Shown one piece after another: positions 1 to 7,637 of a stretch of DNA of 64,000 bases. The notes below the pieces were generated by a model, which worked only from the letters and a program-made list of their open reading frames with translations, ran no database searches and was not told the DNA's origin. The position numbers were made by a program, and so were the translations under genes. The stretch's first letter is position 1, and every line of letters starts with the position of its first letter. This stretch comes from an uncultured Planctomycetota bacterium. Lineage in GTDB: Bacteria > Planctomycetota > PLA2 > JAEUHO01. The stretch is taken from contig CAVVXN010000004.1 in assembly GCA_963752285.1 (NCBI GenBank), positions 96,001 to 160,000 on the forward strand, read 5' to 3'.

Positions 1-1
1 C

Positions 2-748
2 CGGGTCGGTCCCGCCGTCGCGTCCGTCCGCGGCGTGCTCCTCGCCCAGACGAAGACGGACCGCGACGGGGTGTACGAGATCCGCCGGCTCTCCGCGGGC
101 CCCGCCTGGGTCACCTTCGCGCTGACGGGCGACCTCGACGACGAGACGACGACCCACCACCGCCGCGTCGCGCTGGAGGAGGGACGCGTCACGACGCTCG
201 ACTTCGGGACGGCCCGAGGTCTCGTGGCGTTCCAGGGGACGGTCCGGTGCGAGGACGGGACCGCCGTGACGGGCGGGGGGCAGATCATCCTCTCGACGAA
301 GCAGCCGAGCGGGTTCCTGATCGTCCGCTTCGACGCGGAGGGCCACTACGTGCAGCGGGTCGCCGAGGGGGTCTACGACGTGTCGATCTGGCCGCCTGGC
401 GCCTCCGGCCTCGAGGCCTACCGTCGCGAGACGCCGCTCTCCCTCTCGGGCACGCAGGTGAACGAGGACCTCGTGCTGCCCGGCGCCCGGATCGTCGGAG
501 CCCTCGACCCCGTGCCCGCCGGTCCGGCCACGACGTACCTCCGGGTCCAGCGGAAGGCCGACGCCGCGGGAGCGGTCCGGCCGGGGTCGGGTCGCTCGGT
601 GGCCGTGGGCGAGGACGGCCGCTACGCCGTGTTCGGCCTCGCGCCCGGGACGTACGTGGTCGAGACCGGTCCGCGCCGCGCCGAGCCCGCGAACGTCGAG
701 ATCGTGGAGGGGCAGGCGGAGGCGCGGGTGGACCTCCGACTCGAATAG
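2..748 (+). CDS. Carboxypeptidase regulatory-like (beta-sandwich repeat) protein, 5' truncated by window
   Basis: Frame open from base 2; repeated 'TDxDGxY..L.PG.Y.V'-type motifs (TDRDGVYEI, EDGRYAVFGLAPGTYVV). Confidence 0.6.
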   Translation, partial: RVGPAVASVRGVLLAQTKTDRDGVYEIRRLSAGPAWVTFALTGDLDDETTTHHRRVALEEGRVTTLDFGTARGLVAFQGTVRCEDGTAVTGGGQIILSTKQPSGFLIVRFDAEGHYVQRVAEGVYDVSIWPPGASGLEAYRRETPLSLSGTQVNEDLVLPGARIVGALDPVPAGPATTYLRVQRKADAAGAVRPGSGRSVAVGEDGRYAVFGLAPGTYVVETGPRRAEPANVEIVEGQAEARVDLRLE

Positions 749-861
749 GCGCCGCGCGGTCCACGATAGGCTCGGTGGTCGCCCCGGAGAAGCGCCATGG
801 CTCGTGCGGCGTCTCCAGGGAGCGCGGGGCCGGCACGTCCGGTAGGAGATAGAGTCGCGGG

Positions 862-2598
862 GTGAGCTCGACGGGAGGGCGGATGCGGCGTCGGCGGGCC
901 TGGGGACGGCCTCTCTTCCTCGTCCTCGGCGTCGGCGTGGCCCTCGCATCGACGAGCGGGCGGACGGCGTGCGCCGAGGACTCCGTGGACGCGGCCTACC
1001 GGGCGCTGCTCGACGCCTGGAAGCAGAAGCGATACGGCGAGGTCGCCCGGGACGCGCACCGCTTCCTCGAAGCGCATCCCGACTTCCGGTACGCGGCCGC
1101 CGTCGAGTACCTGGGGGGGAACGCGGCCCTCGAGGTCCAGTCGTGGGAGGTCGCCGAGCGGTTCTACCGCCGGCTGGTCCGGGAACATCCCGACGACAAG
1201 AGGGCCGGCGAGGCGCGGAACGAGCTCGTGACGGTCTTCGATCGCACGGGCCGGTACGAGGCGTGCCTCGCGCAGTGTCGGGAGAACCTGGCTCTCTACC
1301 CAGGCTCGCCACGCACGCGGCGCTGGCGGTTCGAGGCGGGCCGGTCGCTGTTCCGGCTCTGGCGATTCGACGAGGCGAAGCGTGAGATCGAGGCGCTCCT
1401 CGCGGAGCATCCCGGTAGACCCTGGGAAGAGCGGGCCCGAGCGCTCCTCGACCGCATCGAGCCCGTGCTCGACGCCGACGACAGCGGGGCCGTGGGCGGG
1501 TACGACGGCAAGTACGTGGAAGACGTGCGGTTCCAGAGAGAGGCCGCGCGCCTGCCCGATCTCGTGGACGAGGCCTGGAAGCGACTCGACGTGGCGCTCG
1601 GGCTCCGGCCGGGCGTTCGACCTCGCGTGCTCTTCACCTTCGAGGACGCGCGTCCAGGCGCGGGCGGCGGGGTCGAGGGACGAACCGACACCGTGGCGAT
1701 CGAGGGCAAGCCGGCGGTGCGGATCCACCTCGTCACGGAGTACGTGGTGCTCTCGCCCGAGGACTACGAGACCCGTGTGTGCCACGAGATGACGCATGCC
1801 GCGCTGCGGGCCGCGATGGGACGCTCGTACGACGCCCTGCCCGCCTGGGTGCGCGAAGGACTCGCGGTCTACGCCGCCGGGCAGATGGACGACCGCGTCG
1901 CGGCGATCGTGAGCAACCAGGTCTTCACGGGGAAGCCCCTCGCCGGACTCGTGAACGGCCTGGAGACGCGGCGGCACGACTTCGTCGACTACCTGGAGGA
2001 CGTCCTCGCGTTCGACTGGCTGGAGGGCCGAAGGCGGGGCGCCGTCCGCGACTTCACCGCGCGGCTGCTCGGCGGCGAGGACCACCAGGCGGCGTTCTCG
2101 GCCGCGTCGGACCTGCCCTTCGACGAGGCGGTGCGTGCGGCGGAACAGCACGCCCGCGAACGGGTGAACGAGGTGGTTGGAGACGACGGCCGCGCGTACG
2201 AGAGGATCCGCGCCCGCCTGTTCGCCGCCGCGAAGGCGGGGCGCCTCGTGGCCTGGCTCCAGGGCCCCGACGCCGTGTGGCTCCGCTCGTTCGTCGTGGC
2301 CCGGCCGCGCCACGCGCTCGCGCCGAACGCGCGGTACCGCCTCGGTCGCGCCCTCGTGGAGACGGGACACGGCGCCGAGGGGCGGCCCATGCTCCAGCAC
2401 GTCGTGGACGTGGACCTCGCGCGAACCTCGATCGCGGACGACGCGGCCTACTGGATCGCCCGGTCGTACGAGAAGGACGGCGACGCGACGAAGGCGCGCG
2501 AGGCCTGGTCCGTGTTCCTTCGCGATTTCGCGTGGGCGCGCCAGACCAAGGAGGCGCCGCCCGACGTGAAGCCCGCCGGCCCGCTCCGCGCGCCCTGA
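862..2598 (+). CDS. Secreted TPR-repeat protein with zincin (peptidase MA-like) domain
   Basis: Signal peptide; TPR-like helices at both ends; HEMTH...PAWVREGLA (HExxH plus downstream E). Start is GTG 862 (TAGAGT 6 nt upstream) or ATG 883. Confidence 0.75.
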   Translation: MSSTGGRMRRRRAWGRPLFLVLGVGVALASTSGRTACAEDSVDAAYRALLDAWKQKRYGEVARDAHRFLEAHPDFRYAAAVEYLGGNAALEVQSWEVAERFYRRLVREHPDDKRAGEARNELVTVFDRTGRYEACLAQCRENLALYPGSPRTRRWRFEAGRSLFRLWRFDEAKREIEALLAEHPGRPWEERARALLDRIEPVLDADDSGAVGGYDGKYVEDVRFQREAARLPDLVDEAWKRLDVALGLRPGVRPRVLFTFEDARPGAGGGVEGRTDTVAIEGKPAVRIHLVTEYVVLSPEDYETRVCHEMTHAALRAAMGRSYDALPAWVREGLAVYAAGQMDDRVAAIVSNQVFTGKPLAGLVNGLETRRHDFVDYLEDVLAFDWLEGRRRGAVRDFTARLLGGEDHQAAFSAASDLPFDEAVRAAEQHARERVNEVVGDDGRAYERIRARLFAAAKAGRLVAWLQGPDAVWLRSFVVARPRHALAPNARYRLGRALVETGHGAEGRPMLQHVVDVDLARTSIADDAAYWIARSYEKDGDATKAREAWSVFLRDFAWARQTKEAPPDVKPAGPLRAP

Positions 2599-2773
2599 GG
2601 CCGACCGGGCGGCGAAGCCGGCGCGGTCGCACACCTCGCCTCGGCCTCCCGGGTCCGCGAGAGGGCCGCGCCGAGCGAACCGACGTCTCCCGGACGGCGC
2701 CCGGACCGCCGACACGTCGCCAACGCGTACGCCCCCGGGCGGTACGATGGGCGGGTCGATCCCGGGGGAGGAG

Positions 2774-3763
2774 ATGGACCGCGGCGCCGCGCGCTCGAAT
2801 CGTCGGGGATGGCCGCCCGCCGTGGGGGGCGCTCTCCTGCTGGCGCTCGTAGTCGTCGGCGGCCGGGCGGTCGCGCACCAGGACGCCGTCGAGGCGCCTC
2901 GCGTTCGGGGATGGCGCACGCCGGCCCCCCCCGAGCACGCGGTGGACGTCGTGTTCGTGGGCGACGGATACCAGAAGAAGCATCTGTCGCCGAGCGGGAA
3001 GTACTGGACCGACGTCAATCGCTACGCGAAGCGGTTCCTCGAGGAGCCGCCGATGTCCTGGTACCGCGACTCCATCAACGTGTGGGCGGTGTTCCTGGAG
3101 TCGAAGGACGCCGGCGTGGACGGCGACACGGCGCTCGGGTGTCACTTCATCGACGACCGTCGCGTCGTGTTCCGGAACGAGAAGGCGGTCCGCGCGGCCG
3201 TGTCCCTCGTCCCGAGCGCCGACATCGCCCTCGTCATGGTCAACGTCGAGCGCTCGGGCGGCTGCGGCACCGTCCTCTCGCCCCTCGATCGCGGCGACCC
3301 GTACTTTCCCGCGCCGACCTTCTCCGCGCAGGACACGTCGTCGTTCGACATCGCGCTCCACGAGCTCGGCCACAGCTTCGCGGGGCTGGCCGACGAGTAC
3401 GCCGACTCGACCGTCGCGGACGAGTTCCCGCTACCGAAGGACGGGAAGGATCTCGACTTCCCGAACGTGACCCTGGCGTCCGTCCTCGACGCGACCAGCC
3501 CCGAGACGATCCGCAAGACCGCGAAGTGGGCCCGCTTCCTCGACTGGAAGGGTGCCGACCACTGGACGTGGGCGTACGAGGGGGGGTACTTCCGCGAGCA
3601 CGGGGTGTACCGGCCGTTCCCACGCTGCAAGATGCGGGACCGTGGCGAGCCGTTCTGCCCCCTCTGTTGCGCAACGTTCGCGCAGGCCATCTGCAAGACC
3701 GCCGGCATCGACTTCGACGAGGCGGGGTACGCGCGGAAGCACCCGCTGCAGCTCTGGCGATAG
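2774..3763 (+). CDS. M64-family (IgA peptidase-like) secreted metallopeptidase
   Basis: VDVVFVGDGY, HELGHSFAGLADEY, YEGG, CKMR...FCPLC motifs; GGAGGAG SD before ATG 2774; signal peptide. Confidence 0.85.
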   Translation: MDRGAARSNRRGWPPAVGGALLLALVVVGGRAVAHQDAVEAPRVRGWRTPAPPEHAVDVVFVGDGYQKKHLSPSGKYWTDVNRYAKRFLEEPPMSWYRDSINVWAVFLESKDAGVDGDTALGCHFIDDRRVVFRNEKAVRAAVSLVPSADIALVMVNVERSGGCGTVLSPLDRGDPYFPAPTFSAQDTSSFDIALHELGHSFAGLADEYADSTVADEFPLPKDGKDLDFPNVTLASVLDATSPETIRKTAKWARFLDWKGADHWTWAYEGGYFREHGVYRPFPRCKMRDRGEPFCPLCCATFAQAICKTAGIDFDEAGYARKHPLQLWR

Positions 3764-3841
3764 CGAGACCCCACAAGCGGGGCCGTCCCACGGCCGTGCG
3801 TTCGTGAGGACCCTCGGCAGGCACCGCCCCGGAACGGGCGG

Positions 3842-4307
3842 CGGACCGTTCGCCGGGCGCGACCGTCGCGCCGCTGCGACGACTGCCGGCCCGAGCGGAC
3901 GGCGGCGAGCTGGTACTGGGGATGGGGCTATCGCGGGATGGGGGGCGTCGTCACCACCGCTACGGATCTCCTCCGATGGGACCGCGCGGCGCATCGCGGG
4001 CGAGCTCGACCGGGCCGCGGCGGCACACGAGACAGACGTTGGGCCCGGGAGCGGCGCGGAGGGCGCAGCCGCCTTCCAAGGCGGCCTGTACCTGCTCGCG
4101 TACGGCGCCGACACGCGCCTCCACCTCTCGGTCCCCGTCCAGGCCGAGTCCCGCGGCATCGACGAGAAGTGCCTGGCGCTCGAGGACCCCCGCACGCTCC
4201 TCCTCCTCGAAGACGGACCACGAGGCATGTGGCCGATGCTGGTCAAGATGAACGTCCCCGCTGCCCGCGGACTGGCCGAGGCCTTCGGGAAGTCGTCCGC
4301 GCGCTGA
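3842..4307 (+). pseudogene. Probable remnant of a beta-lactamase-family serine hydrolase
   Basis: Startless frame encodes WGYRGMGGVVTTATDLLRWDRA (serine hydrolase-like); protein-like sequence continues in another frame to TGA 4307. Confidence 0.5.
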
Positions 4308-4459
4308 CGCAGGACGGGCGAGGCGGGGCTTGGCCGCCGCGCGCTCGGGCATCCGCCCCGTCCGCCCCGGCGCCACCGGCTCGCGGCCGATGCGGTGACC
4401 CGCACGCAGCGTGCGGGACCGGCCCCCCGCCGCCGCGGCGGCGCTCACCGCCGCGCGCC

Positions 4460-5401
4460 TCAGGTGAGCCGGCGCAGGACCAGACGCGCGACGCCGAGGA
4501 GCACGAGCGCGTTCGCCGCGATCCGGAGCGGGGGGATCTCGGGCCGCGGGAACGACAGGCGTACCCAGTCGGCCTGACGGTGCCAGACGCCGAGCCGCAG
4601 TCTCGCCTCGTGGCGGAGGAGGACGAGGTCGCCGTCCTCGGGCTCCCGCTCGGGATCGATCCCCACCAGGTCGCCCGCCTCGACGCGGGGATGGCCGTCG
4701 TCGCACGTCGCGCGCCAGAGCCAACGCGCGCCGTCCAGGACTGCGCGGTCCACGTGGACCACCTCGCCCGCGCCCGACCGGTCGGGATCGTCCACGACGG
4801 GGAGCGCGACGTCGGCGCGCGCGACCGGAGCCGGGGCTCCGTCGTGGGCCGTCGCCGGCGCTGGCGAGGGCGCGTGCGCGAGCACGCTCGGCAGCACGCG
4901 GACGAGCGCGTTTCGCTCGGCGGGCGTCGTGCCTTCGAGGAGCGTCTCCGAGCGCGCCTCCGCCTCGTCCACGTTCTTGACGCCGCCCAGCCGGCCGAGG
5001 AGTCGCGCGACCAGGGCCTGCTGGCCGGGACCGAGGTCGAGGAAGTGGCTCAGCGGCTCGACGACGCGCGGGCCGCGGGCGAGGTGGAACAGGGTGGTGG
5101 CGAGGATCCGGTCGCGGCTCCTCTGGACCTGCCCGCTCTCGCGCTGCATCCGTTCGAGGTGCCGGCGGACGGGGGCGGGGGAGCGCTCGAGGGCGGCCGC
5201 CTCCTGGAGGGGGCCGTCCTCGATCCCGAGCGCCCGGCAGAGCGCCCGGATCACGCGCGGGCTCGGCGGGCGCCGGCGCCGGGACTCGAGGACGCTGATG
5301 TAGGAGCCCGTGAGACCGGCCCGCCGGGCGAGCGCGGACTGGGAGAGCCCGGAGAGGCGGCGGGCCTCCTTCAGCTTCTCGGCGAAGGTCTTCTCGGTCA
5401 C
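4460..5401 (-). CDS. XRE-type HTH regulator with degenerate C-terminal S24/LexA-like domain
   Basis: KLKEARRLSGLSQSALARRAGLTGSYISVLE (HTH-XRE); C-terminal AGDLVGID..PEDGDLVL..GVARLVLR; start GTG 5401 or ATG 5410. Confidence 0.8.
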   Translation of the reverse strand: MTEKTFAEKLKEARRLSGLSQSALARRAGLTGSYISVLESRRRRPPSPRVIRALCRALGIEDGPLQEAAALERSPAPVRRHLERMQRESGQVQRSRDRILATTLFHLARGPRVVEPLSHFLDLGPGQQALVARLLGRLGGVKNVDEAEARSETLLEGTTPAERNALVRVLPSVLAHAPSPAPATAHDGAPAPVARADVALPVVDDPDRSGAGEVVHVDRAVLDGARWLWRATCDDGHPRVEAGDLVGIDPEREPEDGDLVLLRHEARLRLGVWHRQADWVRLSFPRPEIPPLRIAANALVLLGVARLVLRRLT

Positions 5402-5438
5402 GGTCGTCATCCTACGGGTCCGGGGCCCTGTCCATGCC

Positions 5439-5490
5439 TGACAAGTCATCGAGGGAATGTCGTTGACTAACCAGTTAGAGATGGTAGCCT
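5439..5490 (+). promoter_or_regulatory. Sigma70-type promoter with two palindromic operator-like sites
   Basis: TTGACT (5463-5468), 16-nt spacer, TGnTAGCCT (-10 at 5485-5490); palindromes TGACaaGTCA (5439-5448) and CTAACcaGTTAG (5467-5478). Confidence 0.6.
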
Positions 5491-5496
5491 CCCCCT

Positions 5497-5703
5497 GTCG
5501 GTGGCGGCCCGGGTGGTCCGGGCCGGGCCGACCGGAAAGGGTTCGGTGGGTCCCGAGACAACGCACGGTCGACGGACGCGAGCGAGGCGGGGGCTGAGGC
5601 CGAACACAAGGAACGGGTCGGACGGGCTCGAAATCCCCAAGTCGCGCCGGACGCCTTTCACGGGGCGCCCGCTCCTACGGGGGCGGGCGCCCCCCTTCGT
5701 TTC
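5497..5703 (+). ncRNA. Candidate ~200-nt structured small RNA (family unassigned)
   Basis: Bounded by a promoter and an intrinsic terminator; no ATG-started ORF; 5' hairpin GTCGG..GGCCCGG-loop-CCGGGCC..CCGAC; five GGA motifs. Confidence 0.5.
5662..5703 (+). terminator. Intrinsic terminator
   Basis: 14-bp stem GGGGCGCCCGCTCC / GGGGCGGGCGCCCC (one G-U pair), C(UACG)G tetraloop, followed by ccTTCGTTTC. Confidence 0.7.
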
Positions 5704-6060
5704 GGGGGCGCAGCGGCGAGGAACGCCCGGCGCGAAGCGGCGCGCGGCCGAATCTGGCCAATTCGCCACCGCCTCGTGCGCGCCCTTCTCGACTCCTTCA
5801 CGTGGTGCAGGCGGACGCGCCCGCGAACGGCGCGGATTCGGCAAAAGATTCGCGACTCCTATGCCGATCGAAACCCTGCACGGGGGAGGGCCGGCACGGC
5901 GTTTGGTCGAAGCATCGATCGAGGGACCGCGTCGGAGGTCGGGATCGTCATGATGCGAGCGAACGTCCGCCGAACCGAGGGGGCAGTCATCGCGAGAGGA
6001 GGGGCCCCGCGCTTCGCGCCGCGTCCGGTTGGACCGTACGCCGCGCATCCGACGCGACAC

Positions 6061-6450
6061 GTGCTCCCGAGGCTCGGCGCCTTCCTCGCGCTGGCCGTTC
6101 TCGCGTCCAGCGCATGGGCAGCCATCGGCGAGTATCGCTGCACGGACCCGGCGCGTGTCTATCACGGCAACCCGCGCCTCATCCGCAAGCCCGCGGTCAT
6201 CTCCGCCGACCGCGTGTACGAGAGGATCCCCGAGTACAAGCAGATCGTGGACGAGGGTCTCTCGGACAAGGACGTCCGCTACCACTTCCTCATGAAGAAG
6301 GCGTCCGAGCGCTTCGCGAAGGCGGTGAAGTCGATGGCCGGCGCGCTCGGCTACGACTTCGTGGCCGAGATCGGGACGATCAAGAGGGAGAAGCAGGATG
6401 CCGACGCCCCGCCCGATCGCACGGACGACGTGATCGAGCGTCTCGGCTGA
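6061..6450 (+). CDS. Small exported Skp/OmpH-like protein
   Basis: Signal peptide (..LAVLASSAWA); AVISADRVYERIPEYK and KAVKSMAGALGYDFV..DRTDDVIERL resemble the Skp N- and C-terminal segments. Confidence 0.55.
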   Translation: MLPRLGAFLALAVLASSAWAAIGEYRCTDPARVYHGNPRLIRKPAVISADRVYERIPEYKQIVDEGLSDKDVRYHFLMKKASERFAKAVKSMAGALGYDFVAEIGTIKREKQDADAPPDRTDDVIERLG

Positions 6451-6452
6451 CC

Positions 6453-7628
6453 GTGCGCCGCGCCTGGCTCGGCGCGCTCCTCGTCGTCGCTTCGCTTTCC
6501 CGTGCCCGGGCCGAGGACGAGCCGCGAAGGAGCCCCTTCCTCGGGCCCGGCGGCGAGGTGCGGACGATCTTCCGTCCGGAGTTCCGGGACGCGCCGGGCC
6601 TCCTCGATGACCTCGCCCGGTTCGGCGTCGAGGGCCTCCAGGCGTCCGTCGTCGGTCCCGAGGTCGCCGTGCCCGGGCCCAACAAGCCGCCCGTGGGCGC
6701 GCGTCTCCTGCTCCGGGGCGACGCCGAGGTGGTGGCGCGCGCGCGCGAGGTGCTGGTCTACCTCGACGTGCCGCGCCCGAGCGTCGTCGTGTCGCTGCTC
6801 GTGTGCGAGGTGCGCGCGACGGGACGGTCGGAGCGCGGCGGGCACGTGTTCCTGGATCGCGTCCAGCCGAGCGGGGCGCCCGACTCGATCGTTCGGGGCG
6901 CGTTCGCCGACTTCGAGCCCGAGTCCTACCTGCGGTCGGCCTTGACCGGCGTCGCCCCGTTCCAGGGGACGAGTCTCACGTTCGGTACCTCGCCCAGCGA
7001 CGTGGCGGAGAACGGGGCGTTCGAGTACGTCCTCCGCCTCCTGGCCGAGGAGGGCGAGGCCGAGTTCCTCGCGTGGCCCACGGTCGTGGTCTCGGAGGGG
7101 TCACCGGGCGTCATCGAGAGCCACACGCGTCTGCCCGACGTCGTCCTCTCCGGGGCGGGGCCGAACGCCGTGGCCCTCGGCCGCGCGATCGAGACCGGCC
7201 TGGTCCTGACCGTCACGCCCCAGCGCGTCTCGCGCGACGCCGCGGTGCTCGGACTCGTCGTGGACCTCGCGTACGCCGAACCCGAGTCGCCTTCGGCCGG
7301 CAGCGCCTCGCCGTGGATCCTGCGCAAGCGGCGCGTCCAGACCCTGGTGAGCGTTCGCGACCAGGAGCCCGTGCTCCTCGGCGGCCTCTACCTGAGGCGC
7401 CACATTCGAAACCGATACGGCGTGCCCTGGATCTCCAGCACGCCGGGCCTGGAGGAGGTGGGCTCCGCCGAGTCGCTCGACTGCGTCACGACGGAACTCC
7501 TGCTCTCGATCCGGGCCCGGGTGCGTGTGGCGGCATCCGACTCGGGGCGCTTCGTGGCGCCGGGCGTGGCGCGACGGATGGAGCGCCGGTCCCGCGCGGC
7601 GGACCCCGGCGCCCCTCGTCCTCGCTGA
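6453..7628 (+). CDS. Minimal secretin-domain (T2SS/T3SS D-like) outer-membrane protein
   Basis: Signal peptide; LDVPRPSVVVSLLVCEV, ETGLVLTVTPQ, RRVQTLVSVRDQEPVLLGGL, GVPWISSTPGL, ELLLSIRARV. Confidence 0.75.
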   Translation: MRRAWLGALLVVASLSRARAEDEPRRSPFLGPGGEVRTIFRPEFRDAPGLLDDLARFGVEGLQASVVGPEVAVPGPNKPPVGARLLLRGDAEVVARAREVLVYLDVPRPSVVVSLLVCEVRATGRSERGGHVFLDRVQPSGAPDSIVRGAFADFEPESYLRSALTGVAPFQGTSLTFGTSPSDVAENGAFEYVLRLLAEEGEAEFLAWPTVVVSEGSPGVIESHTRLPDVVLSGAGPNAVALGRAIETGLVLTVTPQRVSRDAAVLGLVVDLAYAEPESPSAGSASPWILRKRRVQTLVSVRDQEPVLLGGLYLRRHIRNRYGVPWISSTPGLEEVGSAESLDCVTTELLLSIRARVRVAASDSGRFVAPGVARRMERRSRAADPGAPRPR

Positions 7629-7637
7629 CCGGCGCGC

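Noticed and set aside
4460..5703. Prophage immunity region (CI-like repressor with divergent promoter)
   Set aside because: No cro-like ORF, integrase, att/tRNA site or phage genes; flanks are chromosomal
5838..5906. Sigma54-like motifs (GGCAAAAGATTCGC; GGCACGGCGTTTGG)
   Set aside because: Each misses part of the TGGCAC-N5-TTGC consensus; too weak in GC-rich DNA
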